Below, in pieces: positions 1 to 16,220 of a stretch of 64,000 nucleotides of DNA. Numbering within the stretch: the stretch's first letter is position 1; each line of letters opens with the position of its first letter. The notes beneath the pieces are model-generated. The model saw only the letters and a program-made list of their open reading frames with translations. It was not told where the DNA came from and did no database searches. The stretch comes from the human T2T-CHM13v2.0 reference genome, Homo sapiens. Location of the stretch: the NCBI RefSeq assembly GCF_009914755.1, contig NC_060929.1; one strand, written 5' to 3'. Position numbers and translations under genes: made by a program.

Positions 1-60
1 CCTTAATTTAAGCCACTCAGTGTGTGGTATTCTGTTACAGCATCCCTAGGAACCTAATAT
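1..60 (+). mobile_element. 3' end of an MLT1-type MaLR LTR (cut by the window edge)
   Basis: tttaagccactcagtgtgtggtattctgttacagcatccctaggaacctaata resembles the conserved MLT1 3' terminus. Confidence 0.7.
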
Positions 61-558
61 GTGTAGCATCAGTTTCTTACCTTCCAACTTGGAGGCTGAA
101 CTGGAGTAGAATGTAGAATTTTGGAGCAGTGATAAACAATAGGAGTTGTGACAGGCTTAAGTTGTATGAAAGATGCCCTTAAGATTTTCCCATTAGAGAC
201 TCAAAGAGTTGAGTATAAGAGCGTAGCCCACATTCTTCTGCATTCATTCCAGCTAATGTTTAAATCAGAGATTCAGATCAGGTTTTGGTGCATTAAAAGT
301 GGTATGAGTGTAATTAAGAATCTATATTTTGCAACGTCACTTATGTGTTTGTGAGGCCTTCGTTTCTTTGTATGTCTTACTCAATTGTTTTTTGATTTTA
401 ATTTCTACTTTGCCTAAAATGAAATAGGATACATTATTTTACTCACCTTGGAAAGAATCCTCTAGCTTCCATTTCACCCAGTACCCAGGTAAAGGAGGGA
501 AGGCAGCTCTTTCAATTCGAGAGACCAAAAAGGGGAGAGGAGTTGCCATAAACATGAA

Positions 559-1233
559 GTATCTTAGTTTATTCAGGCTGCTATAACAAAATACCATCAA
601 CTGGGTACCTTATAAACAACAAAAAATTGTTGTCTCACAGTTCTGGAATCTGCGAACTCAAGATCAAAGTGTAAGCAGATTCAATTTCTGTCGAAGGTGC
701 ACTTTCTCATTCTTTTTTTTTTTTTTTTTGAGACGGAGTCTCACTCTGTCACCCAGGCTGGAGTGCAGTGGCGCGATCTCGGCTCACTGCAAACTCTGCC
801 TCCCGGTTCACGCCATTCTCCTGCCTCAGCCTCCCGAGTAGCTGGGACTACAGGCTCCCGCCAGCACGCCCGGCTAATTTTTTGTGTTTTTTTTAGTAGA
901 GACGGGATTTCACCGTGTTAGCCAGGATGGTCTCGATCTCCTGACCTCGTGATCCGCCCGCCTTGGCCTCCCAAAGTACTGGGATTACAGGCGTGAGCCA
1001 CCTCGCCTGGCCCCCTTTCTCATTCTTTTATCCGTGTCCTCACACAGTGGAAGAGGTAAGCTAGCTCTCCGTGGTCTCTCTTTTTCCATGAAGGCACTAA
1101 TCCCAATTATGATGGTTCCACCCTCATGACTCAAATACCGCCCAAAGGTCCCACTTTCTAATACCATCAACTTGAAGTTTGGATTCCAACATAAGGATTT
1201 TCTTGAGGGGACACAAACATTTAATCTGTAGCA
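559..1233 (-). mobile_element. MLT1A0-like MaLR solo LTR, interrupted by AluY
   Basis: Reverse complement begins tgctacagattaaatgtttgtgtcccc and ends ggtattttgttatagcagcctgaataaactaagatac, matching recalled MLT1A/A0 ends. Confidence 0.8.
713..1012 (-). mobile_element. AluY
   Basis: Full dimer with poly-T; AluY diagnostics (cacgccattctcc, ttagccaggatggtctcgatctcc); TSD ctttctcattctttt at 702-716 and 1015-1029. Confidence 0.95.
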
Positions 1234-1799
1234 TCAAGAGAATACAAGAGGGTCAGACTAGAGGGAGCTTACACGTTAATCAATTTAGGCCTGAGATTTT
1301 CCCTCACACTTAGAAAACTTCGGCTGACAAATGATGTTGCTATCCAGAGATTTTCCTCTGATACTTTATAACAAAAGAATAAGAAGTACACCTCATGTTG
1401 GCAAGGTTGTCACTACTTCCTGCTGTAACCCAAGTGAGGATGACGGCATGTGCACTCTTTGTTACATGTATCACATGCCTGATGCTGACAACTCACTCTA
1501 ATTCTTTATAATCAATAGAATTTTGCCATTTTTCAGCCAGGCTCTGAAAAGTCCTGATTATTTTAGCCTTAATGGAATACCCCCTACATTCCCTCAAACC
1601 CTAAGAATCACTACAAGAAACACTGAGAATAGATTTCCAAGGGAAGAACATTTGGATGTCTTAATCATACATTATCAACCCAGGACACGCCCAGAAGGAC
1701 CCCTAAAATATAAGCTTTCTATTTCTTCCTGTCTTTTGTTTGTCATCTCTCTTAATTAACAAGACTTTAAGATTTAACAACAATCAGCTTGTGTCCTGG

Positions 1800-1895
1800 A
1801 GAGAGTAGAGTGGTTGAAAGCACAGACTCTGGAGCCAGACTGCCTGGATTCACATCTCAGCTCTAATGCTTACAGGCTCTGTGACACTGTGCAAG
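1800..1895 (+). mobile_element. MIR fragment
   Basis: gtggttgaaagcacagactctggagccagactgcctggattcacatctcagctct is typical of the MIR 5' half. Confidence 0.75.
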
Positions 1896-2789
1896 CTTTC
1901 ATGAATTAATCTACAGTAATAAAGTAATATGAGAATTGCTATTGTCTTTATGTTACACTGAAAGTAGGTAGACGCTCTCATGAAAATTCTTTTCAGAAGT
2001 CTGTATATGTTTATTTTAAGCATTTTCTCTTAGAAAGGTACAATTTATAGCAAAATTTTGCAATAAAGGTTAAAGTGCTTTTATAAATTAATGTATTATT
2101 TTATAGCAGTAATATTTTCCTAATAATGTAGTAGATATTTATAATTATTGTTTAATTTTAAGATTTCAAGTTTAAGTCTTGAAATAAAAGGTTTGTGTAT
2201 TTAATTATTTGATTAAACGGATACCTAGATGAAGCAAGTAATATAGATCTTTTCAAAGTGACTCATTTCCAGAAAGGCTTACTTAAATAAATTTTATTTT
2301 ATCACAATCAGCAATGCTTGTATTGGATACATTTCTGTCTGTCTGCTCTTCTGTAGAGCATTTAAGCAAGTTAAAGGAAGGCAGCCCTACTTGAGGCACA
2401 AAGAAATAAAACTATCATTAATGTCAGCAAGAAGCAACATTGTATTTTATGTCCAGAAACACACAAAAAGGGGATAAAATAATTACTCCCGTTGCAACTC
2501 ATATCAAACATTTTTAATACTATAATTCAAGAAAAACTGGTCAATATTATCTGAGTACTAAAACTGACAATTAAAAAAATAAATATTCTATCTGCTAAGG
2601 CTGGTTTCTACAGACATAATACCATTCAATTAGAATAAGTTCCAAGTTAATGCAGTCAATTACTATATTTTTACACTTAAATGTATTTTATATCTCAGAA
2701 TTTTTAACTTCAGGAAAAATTTTCTTTACTTTGTCAAATACATTACATAATTTAAGCATATTCTCAAAATATATTTTGTATGTATAGTA

Positions 2790-4035
2790 TTTTTAAAGTC
2801 AAGTTTTCAGTTTGGAATAGTTTTAGATATACAGAAAAGTTGCAAAGATAGTTCAGAGAGTTCCCACATACCCAACACATGGTGCTCCCTATTATTAATA
2901 TCTTACATTAGTATGATACATTTCTCACAAGTAAAGAACCGTTATTGACACTTTATTCATATTTTTCTTTGTTTTTACATATGGTTATTTTTTATGTTTC
3001 AAGATTCCATTCAGAATGTCAAAAATTATATTTAGGATCTTCTTGACTGTGACAATTTCTTAGACTTCCCTAGTTTTTGATGACCTTAACAATGTGAGAA
3101 GTACTGATAAGGTATTTTGTAGAATGTCCCTCAATTGCAATTTGTTTAATATTATTTTCATGATTAGACTGGGGTTATGGGTATTGGGGAAAAAGACCAC
3201 AGAGGTGAAGTGCCATTATTATCACATCATATCAAAGTTACATACTATCAACATGATTCACCACTGCTGATGTTAATATTGATCACCTGGCTGTGAGAGT
3301 GTTTACCAGTTTTCTCCAATGAAAAGTTATTCTTTCCCCTCTCATTTCTATACTTATTTGAAAAGAAGGCATTATGCACAGCCCACACTTAAGGAATTGA
3401 GGACAATGTGTCTCCATAAATTATTCAAAAATTCTTCTACATGGGAGTTTTGTCTCATCTCCATTTATTTATTCATTGAATTATTTACTTATATCAGTAT
3501 GAATCATATACACCTATTTTGTATATTAGGTTATAGTCCAATAGTACTTCATTTATTTTGTTGTTCAAATTGATCCAGCTCAAATTGATCCAGCTTTGGC
3601 TATTGGAAGTTCTTTCATTTGCCTCTTTTGTCATTTTAACATAAATACATCTTTGTGTGTGTTTGTGTGTGTGCCCACGCGCTGAGTACCTCTCAATAGA
3701 AGTACCTCAAATAGAAGTCTGAGTACCTCAAATAGAAGACTGCACACTTCCACCTACTACATCTTGGTATCAGAGGTGCCAAGAAAAACACAACGTGTTT
3801 TCTAGCAGTACGAGGTGTTCTAGGCTCATCTTGTATACTGTCTGTCCCAGTCCTGGAATCGGCCATTTCTCCAAAAAGGGCTGGTTCCTTTTATTACATA
3901 ACTCAACTAAGAAACAAGATCTGGGTACTAGGTGTGCTTGTTGCTACTAGTATGTTGTTACTTCTAAGCCCAATCAATTGACCAAGCAAGGTGACATATC
4001 TATGTACACTAGCATATTCGTATGTATATGCACAT
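2790..4035 (-). mobile_element. Old L1 3' end (L1MC3/L1MC4, MER42-like)
   Basis: ttttagatatacagaaaagttgcaaagatagt...gtagaatgtccctcaatt...catgattagactggggttatgg...aagatctgggtactaggtgtgc follow the recalled L1MC 3'UTR; interrupted at ~3693-3797 by a foreign insert. Confidence 0.8.
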
Positions 4036-4394
4036 AAATTTCTTGCCTAATTACTTGGTAGAATTAACCAGTGAAATCGTTTGGGCCTAGTGTTCTCTTT
4101 TCTAGAAAACTTTTCATTATTTATTCGATTATTATACATTTAATAGATACAGAGATATCCGAGTTCTTTTTTTTTTTAATTTTATTATTATTATACTTTA
4201 AGTTTTAGGGTACATGTGCACAATATGCAGGTTTGTTACATATGTATACATGTGCCATGTTGGTATGCTGCACCCATTAACTTGTCATTTAGCATTAGGT
4301 ATATCTCCTAACGCTATCCCTCCCCCCTCCCTCCACCCCACAACAGACCCCAGTGTGTGATATTCCCCTTCCTGTGTCCATCTGTTCTCATTGT

Positions 4395-8215
<3,821 letters not shown>

Positions 8216-8278
8216 TATGATGTTAGCTGCTTATTTTGCTCGTTAGTTGATGCAATTTCTTCCTAGCCTTGATGGTCT

Positions 8279-9290
8279 TTACAATTTGGCATGTTTTTCG
8301 CAGTGGCTGGTACCAGTTGTTCCTTTCCATGTTTAGTGCTTCCTTCAGGAGCTCTTTTAGGCAGGCCTGGTGGTGACAAAATCTCTCAGCATTTGCTTGT
8401 CTGTAAAGGATTTTATTTCTCCTTCACTTATGAAGCTTAGTTTGGCTGGATATGAAATTCTGGGTTGAAAATTCTTTAAGAATGTTGAATATTGGCCCCC
8501 ACTCTCTTCTGGCTTGTAGAGTTTCTGCTGAGAGATCAGCTGTTAGTCTGATGGGCTTCCCTTTGTGGGTAACCTGACCTTTCTGTCTGGCTGCCCTTAA
8601 CATTTTTTCCTTCATTTCAACTTTGGTGAATCTGACAATTATGTGTCCTGGAATTGCTCTTCTTGAGGAGTATCTTTGTGGCATTCTCTGTATTTCCTGA
8701 ATTTGAATGTTGGCCTGCCTTGCTAGATTTGGGAAGTTCTCCTGGATAATATCCTGCAGAGTGTTTTCCAACTTGGTTCCATTCTCCCTGTCACTTTCAG
8801 GTACACCAATCAGATGTAGATTTGGTCTTTTCACATAGTCCCATATTTCTTGGAGGCTTTGTTTGTTTCTTTTTATTCTTTTTTCTCTAAACTTCTCTTC
8901 TCACTTCATTTCATTCATTTCAACTTCCGTCGCTGATACCCTTTCTTCCAGTTGATCGCATCGGCTACTGAGGCTTGTGCATTCGTCACGTAGTTCTCGT
9001 GCCATGGCTTTCAGCTCCATCAGGTCCTTTAAGGACTTCTCTCCATTGGTTATTCTAGTTAGCCATTGGTCTAATTTTTTTTCAAGGTTTTTAACTTCTT
9101 TGCCATTGGTTCGAACTTCCTCCTTTAGCTCTGAGTAGTTTTATCTCTTGAAGCCTTCTTCTCTCAACTCGTCAAAGTCATTCTCCTTCCAGCTTTGTTC
9201 TGTTGCTGGTGAGGAGCTGCATTCCTTTGGAGGCGGAGAGGCACTCTGATTTTTAGAGTTTCTGGTTTTTCTGCTCTGTTTTTTCCCTAT
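8279..9290 (-). pseudogene. L1 ORF1 (RNA-binding protein), inactivated
   Basis: Start codon is ATA instead of ATG (…KIGKKQSRK); premature stop at 9141; RPNLHLIGVPE…GKPIRLTADLS piece at 8424..8834 is frameshifted. Confidence 0.92.
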
Positions 9291-9418
9291 CTTTGTGGTT
9301 TTATCTACCTTTGGTCTTTGATGATGGTGACGTACAGATGGGTTTTTGGTGTGGATGTCCTTTCTGTTTGTTAGTTTTCCTTCCAACAGTCAGGACCCTC
9401 AGCTGCAGGTCTGTTGGA

Positions 9419-9547
9419 GTTTGCTGGAGGTCCACTCCAGACCCTGTTTTCTTGGGTATCAGCAGTGGTGGCTGCAGAACAGTGAATATTGTTGAACAGC
9501 AAATGCTGCTGCCTGATTGTTCCTCTGGAAGTTTTGTCTCAGTGGAG
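9419..9547 (-). promoter_or_regulatory. ~129-bp 5'UTR segment carrying the ZNF93 binding site (absent from younger L1PA2/L1HS)
   Basis: gtttgctggaggtccactccagaccctg…cctctggaagttttgtctcag lies between ctgttgga and gtacctggccgtgtg, where young L1s are joined directly. Confidence 0.75.
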
Positions 9548-9865
9548 TACCTGGCCGTGTGTGAGGTGTCAGTCTGCCCCTACTGGTGGGTGCCTCCCAG
9601 TTAGGCTACTCGGGGGTCAGGGACCCACGTAAGGAAGCAGTCTGCCCGTTCTCAGATCTCAAGCTGTGTGCTGGGAGAACCACTACTCTCTTCAAAGCTG
9701 TCAGACAGGGACATTTAAGTCTGTGAAGGTTACTGCTGCCTTTTGTTTGTCTGTGCCCTGCCCCCAGAGGTGGAGCCTAGAGGCAGGCAGGCCTCCTTGA
9801 GCTGTGGTGGGCTCCATCCAGTTCGAGCTTCCAGTCTTATTTGTTTACCTATTCAAGCCTCGGCA

Positions 9866-10048
9866 ATGGTGGGCGCCCCTCCCCCAGCCTCATTGCAGCC
9901 TTGCAGTTTGATCTCAGACTGCTGTGCTAGCAATGAGGGAGGCACCGTTGGTGTAGGACCCTCCGAGCCAGGTGCGGGATATAACCTCCTGGTGTGCCGT
10001 TTGTTAAGCCCGTTGGAAAAGTGCAGTATTAGGGTGGGAGTGACCTGA
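9866..10048 (+). pseudogene. L1 ORF0 (antisense ORF), 60 aa, C-terminally truncated
   Basis: MVGAPPPASLQPCSLISDCCASNEGGTVGVGPSEPGAGYNLLVCRLLSPLEKCSIRVGVT* aligns with recalled ORF0 (MAGAPPPASLPPCSLISDCCAS…); TGA replaces the Arg codon. Confidence 0.8.
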
Positions 10049-11539
10049 TTTTCCAGGTGCTGTCTGTCACCCCTTTCTTTGACTAGGAAAGCAAATTCCC
10101 TGACCTCTTGTGCTTCCTGGGTGAGGCGATGCCTCGCCCTGCTTCAGCTCAGACACGGTGTGCTGCATCCACTGTCCTGCAGCCACTGTCTGGCACTCCC
10201 CAGTGTGATGAACCTGGTACCTCAGTTGGAAATGCGGAAATCACCCATCTTCTGCGTTGTTCACACTGGGATCTGTAGACTGGAACTGTTCCTATTAGGC
10301 CATCTTGGCTCCACCCCTGATATCCGAGTTCTTTATTTCTCCTTGTGTAAATTTTGGCAATTTATGTTCTTCTAGCTGTTTACTTATTGCATCTAAGGAA
10401 TAAAATTTATGATTATAGAGTTGTTTATAGTATTCTTTCATTATTGTTTTAATATCCATGATATCAGTAGTGATGATCCCTCTTTCATTTCTGACAATGG
10501 TAATTTGTGTCTTTTCTTTTTTCTCTGCTTAGTTTGACTAGAAATTTATCAATCAATTGTTTCAAAGAACACAGTTTTGGTTGCATGGATTTTCTCTATT
10601 GTTTTCCATTTTCAGTTTCATTGATTTCAGCTCTAATTATCATTTTCATTTAGTTCAAAATATGCTTAAATTTCTTTTGGGAATTCTTGACTCATGAGTT
10701 ATTTAGAAGTATATTGTTTAATTACCAAATACTTGGGGATTTTCCAGCTATATTTCTGTTATTGATTTTTAGTTTAATTTCATCATGCTCAGAGAATAAT
10801 ACTTTGTATAATTTCTATTCTTTTGAACTTATTAAAGTGTGTTTTATGACACAGAATGAGATCTGTTTTGGTGAACATTTCATGTGAACTTGAAAATAAG
10901 GTGTATTCTACTGTTGCTGGATGGGATATTCTATAAATGTCAATTAGATCAAGATTGTTAGTGCTGTTTGGATCACCTATATGCTGCTTATTTTCTGCCG
11001 GCTTTATCTGCCAATTACAGACTGGATATTTCAAATTCTCCAGTTATAATAGTGGATTTGTTTATTCATTCAATTCTATCACTTTTGTCTCATGTATTTT
11101 GAAGTTCTGTTGTAAGGCATATACACATTTAGGGTCGTTATGTCTTTCTGAATATTTGACCTCTTCATTAAGTAATGTCCTTCTTACTCACTTTTTTTTG
11201 TTGTTATTCTGAAGTTTGCTGTATCTGAAATTAAGGTAGCTACTCCAGTAATATTTTGATTAGTATTAGTCTATTAGTCTTTTTAAAATCTCTTTACTAT
11301 TAGCCTTCTTTAGTTTCTATATTTAAAGTATGTTTCTTGTAGACAACATATAGTTGAAACTTGTTTTTTTCATGCTGAAAATACATATCTTTCAATTGGT
11401 GTGTTTAGACCATTTACATTTAGAATGATTGTTAATACAATTGGATTAATATCTACTGTTGAGTGAGTAGAATCTGTCACCTATTATTGGAAATAGAAGT
11501 CTGCACACTTCTACCTACTACATCTTGGTATCAGAGTTG

Positions 11540-11672
11540 CCAAGAAAAACACAATGCAGTCAAGCAGAATAGAATAATGCTTTGCTCACATAGAGAACAG
11601 ACAGAGCAAAATCAGCTTTAGCTGTGGGCATTGATTTCTCATGGCCAGCAGGCTCTTTCTGGGAGCTGACAT
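11540..11672. mobile_element. Short LTR-like fragment (ERVL-type, family uncertain)
   Basis: gctttgctcacatagagaacagacagagcaaaatcagcttt…catggccagcagg resembles MER73/74/88-type LTR text from memory. Confidence 0.35.
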
Positions 11673-11674
11673 AT

Positions 11675-12601
11675 TAAAAAAAACTACAAGCAAACCAAAT
11701 TCACCAGTTAATTAAACAAATTGTTCACTGCAATCAAATGAGATTCATCCCAGGGATGCAAGGATGGTTCAATGTATACAAATCAATAAATGTGACACAT
11801 CACATTAACATAATCAAGCAAAAAAATCATATGATCATTTCAATAGATGCAGAAAAAGCATTTGTTAAAATTCAACATGACTTGGTGATAAAAACTTTCA
11901 AAACTCTAGGTATAGAAGAAACGTACATCAACAGAATAAAAACCTTTATGACAAACCATAACTAACTTCATTTGAATGGAAAAAAGTTGAAAGTTTTTCT
12001 CTAAGATGTGGAACAATACAAGGATGCCCACCTTAACTACTTTTATTCAATATAGTACTGAAAGTCCTAGCCAGAGCAATTAAGCAAGATAAATAAATAA
12101 AGAACATCCACATTGGAAATGGGAAAATCAAACTGTCCTTATCTGCAGATAACATTATCTTATATGTAGAAAACCCTAAAGATTCCACTGAAAATGTTAG
12201 AACAAATAAAAGAATTCAGTAGAATTGCAGGATATAAAATGCTACAAAAGTCAGTAACATTTCTGCATGCCAGTAATAAACTATCTGAAAAACAAATCAA
12301 GAAAGTAATCTCATTTACTATAGCTACTAAAAACATACCTGAGAATAAATTTAACCAAGAAAATGAATAATTTTTACAATAAAAACTATAAGATATTGAT
12401 AAAGAAATTGAAGATGATACTAATAACAAATATGAAAAGATATCTCATGCATGTATTGAATTAACCTTGTTAAAATATCCGTACTACCCAAATCAATCTG
12501 TAGATTCAATGCAATTTCTATCAAAATACCAATGACATTCTTCACAGAAATACAAAAGAAAAATCCTAAAATTTGAATGGAGCCACAAAGGACCCCTAAT
12601 A
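11675..12601 (+). mobile_element. Internal L1 ORF2 (RT region) fragment, L1PB/L1MA age, opposite orientation to its host
   Basis: ORF 11738..11965 [22 protein letters not shown]…[10 protein letters not shown]; no 3'UTR or poly-A. Confidence 0.85.
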
Positions 12602-13841
12602 ATTTATAATTTTCTTTTGATTCTTTCTTAGAGTATCATTTTTTCTGCTTATGTTACCCATTTATTCTTACATGATGTCTACTGTTTTCTTTAGGGCACT
12701 TACTATGTTAATGACAGTTATTGAAAATTCCTTGTCTAGTAATTTTAATATCTGTGTCATATTCTTCTGGTTCTGATTATTGCTCTGTGTCTTTAAACTG
12801 TGTTTTTTCTTCCCTTTGGCATGTCTTATAATTTTTTTTATTGAGAGCAGGGCATACTGTATCAAGTAATAGAAACTGAGTTAAATAGCAGTTGTCAATC
12901 TGGCTGGTTGGATGAACTGTTAAAAGTGTGTTGTAGCTATAGGTGTCAGATACTTCAAATTACTTGTTGTTCTTGTTTTTCTCCTCCATCTTGACTTAGG
13001 TTTCCCTAAGTTCTATTCTCAAAGTAGAGCCTGTGCTAGAAGCTCTTTCGGCTTTAATCAGCTATTATAATAGTGGAAATTTGTTAGTGCTATGGTAAGG
13101 CAAGAAATAGGAGAATGTTTTTTAATATTCTCATTAAACCTCAGTCTTTATGTGAACCTCACGTCTTGGAGCTGTGAACTTCGTAAGTGTTTCTGCAGTA
13201 GTATCGTTTTATCTTCTCCTGTTTCTTACTTTCTTGGCTGGTTGCAACCTTCTTAATCTTTTTCCTTGAAGCCCTAATCTCTGTTGACTATAGTGGCTTT
13301 TTTTCCCTAGGTGGAGCAGGAAGTTCAGGGAGACTTAAACCTGATGACTTCCCTTTCCCAGCTGAGATAAGGCTCTGGCAAAGTATTTTTCTCTAAAGAG
13401 TAGGCCTTTGTTATGGAGAAGCTGTTGGTGCATTTTTTAACTACTTTATTATCCCCTCACCTAACCAAAGCTGTGAGAGGATTTTACATCTGTAAGAAAT
13501 CAGTGAAGTTACTATAAGTAAAGCCCACAGAAGTATGGGGGACCTTTCCAACTACAACCCCAAGAGTTTCTCACTCTTATTCTTGTCCACACTTAGCCTG
13601 CAGAAATTTATCACAATTAATATTTCTGTTTTCCTACTGGTTTATGGCTTTAGAAGTGGCTTCTGTTCTAACTCTCTGGATGCTTCTGTCTCTCTAGGTG
13701 TTTGAAGAAGCTGCACTGAAACCTCAGTTCTTTGATAGGTTCAAGAAAACTCATTGATTTTCAGTTTATCCAGTTTTTTTCCTGCTGTAAGAACAGGAGT
13801 GACAACTTCCAAGTCATATGTTAGAGCCGAAACTGAAAGTC
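12602..13841 (-). mobile_element. Old L1M ORF1/5' region
   Basis: Degenerate ORF1-like text (12668..12865); ends aggagtgacaacttccaag…aactgaaagtc, typical of an L1MC/MD 5' end on the minus strand. Confidence 0.6.
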
Positions 13842-14574
13842 ATATACTGTTTTCTTAATATGCTATATTTTTGTTACAGTTACTGTTCTAATGTCAAAAA
13901 TCTGAAAAGATTAAATATTTTATGTTTTAGTTTTAATGTATGGATTATTTCCTATGTTAGAACTAACTTATAGCTTCTAAGAAAATATTGCTAGTATTTT
14001 GCAAGGTAAACTTAAAACTGAAGAGTATTGTTTATCACTGTCATTTTTATTTTCCATAATAAATAGGTAAAAATTGCTCTATAATATGAACTCTGGAAAG
14101 CAATATGCCAAGAAAAAAAGAATAATGTATTAGTACACTATTGTATCATTAAAACATAGTAATTTGCATATATATAAAAATTGGATAGTCTGAGATTGGA
14201 AGTATCTGTTTAAAACTTTAAAACCTCTGGTTGGATTACCATTTATTTGGCCTGCAAACTGGGGCTTCATGAACCTGTCAGCGTAAGAGATTATATGAAG
14301 CATGAAATATTCAAACTTTTATCTCATATAATCAAATATGAACAAGGAGCTCTGACATTATTATCATAATAGATTTTGCAAACACAAATTTAAAAAATTT
14401 AGTAAAAAGTTAAAAAATTGAGTTAGAGATATGGCTTAGTTAAATGTTTCAATTATTGATTAAGGTTTGTGTTAGGTTACAAAATAACGTTTAAAGTGGC
14501 ACAAGAACCTTTTATAATGTAAATCAATAGTAGTAATCAGAACAACAGCAGCAAGAATAACAAAAGAAACCTCT

Positions 14575-15284
14575 TATTAGAGTAGGTAACTAGGCAGATA
14601 TGAACAAGGCAGATGATGTCTCCTGACCCCCTAGAATATCCACCGACCATCAGGTAATGGTCAGGGAGTTGTTATACTGTCTTTTAAAAGTAGTAATTAG
14701 TGACAGCCAGCACCAAAGAAAGGCAGTCTCCCAATAGACAGAAAACACCTGAAGCTGGTGATCAGCAGCTGCCTGATAAGATCTCAGGAGTTGGGCAAGA
14801 GAGCTTAAGCATGTGCACTAAGAGGCAAAATGGAGGAGTTTAACCAGTATATTACCTTCCTCTAGGAATGCTCAACTGGTAAGAGACAAATGCCTCAAAT
14901 GAGCATGAACACAACTTCAGTAAACTCACTGTGCATGTGGCCCCTCCCAAGTGCTGGCATGTCCCTGCATATGCAGACAGCCTGCCTCAAGACAAAAATC
15001 AAGGGAAGAAAAACAGAAACCCCAGAACCATGCCAATGTATAAAATCCCATGAGTTAAGGGCTGAACAGTGCAATAGGATCTCTCAAGTAGCCCGCTTGG
15101 CCTTTTTCCAAGTATACTTTACTTCCTTTCATTCCTGCTCTAAAACTTTTCGATAAATTTTTACTCCTGCTCTCAAACTTGCCTCAGCCTCTCACTCTGC
15201 CTTATGCCCCTCAGCCAAATTCTTTCCTCTGAGGAGGTGAGAATCAAGTTGCCGCAGGCCTATAGGGATTCTTCACTGCTAACA
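14575..15284 (+). mobile_element. MER50 solo LTR (ERV1)
   Basis: T(a)TTAGAGTAGGTAACTAGGCAGA… to …CTGCTAACA, ~710 bp; TATA-like tgtataaaa near 15037; near-TSD ctct/ctca. Confidence 0.85.
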
Positions 15285-15678
15285 CTCAGATAACTCCAGT
15301 TTTAAATTTTAGAAATCTAAAGATGCACAATGAAACTGATTCATTGAAGAAAACCAACTTTGACAAGCTTTGCTTGTCAATGTTCTTTTACAATATTAGG
15401 GTTTGTAGCATTCTTTCTATTCAATGCTTGCTTAAAGTTAAGGTAGAATGAAAAAAAAAAAACAGAAAAATGGTGCTTATCTTCAAATTCCTCGGAAATA
15501 AATGTAGACTTATTGTCCATACCATGGTGTCTAGCTGTGATAAATTATATACTATTAACAGAAAGCCATGCTGGTTGCTGGAATGATGTGAGATGAAAAA
15601 ATGGCATTTGGGCCTTAGTTAAGAAGACTCTACCACAATCAAAACCTTCTCCTTTAATATCTATCTGATATCAGATAA

Positions 15679-15990
<312 letters not shown>

Positions 15991-16220
15991 GAGCAACTCT
16001 TCTTAGTGATTTCTTTTAAGAAAATATTTGTCAAAGTTTATAAATAATGTAATTTATTTATGGTCTTTTTAAATATTTGGAGAAGAACATTATATCAATT
16101 TTTGCAATGTATTAAACAGCTAAATATATGTCAGACACTCCAGTAGGCACCTTACATATGTTACGAATAATTATTACTATATTTTTAGTACTATTCTTTT
16201 CCAAACATGATACTCGCTTC

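Larger units (their letters stand above)
9291..10318 (-). promoter_or_regulatory. L1 5'UTR internal sense promoter and antisense promoter
   Basis: YY1 motif CCAAGATGGCC (10298-10308 on the minus strand); whole 5'UTR present, CpGs partly decayed. Activity is inferred from the family, not shown. Confidence 0.75.
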
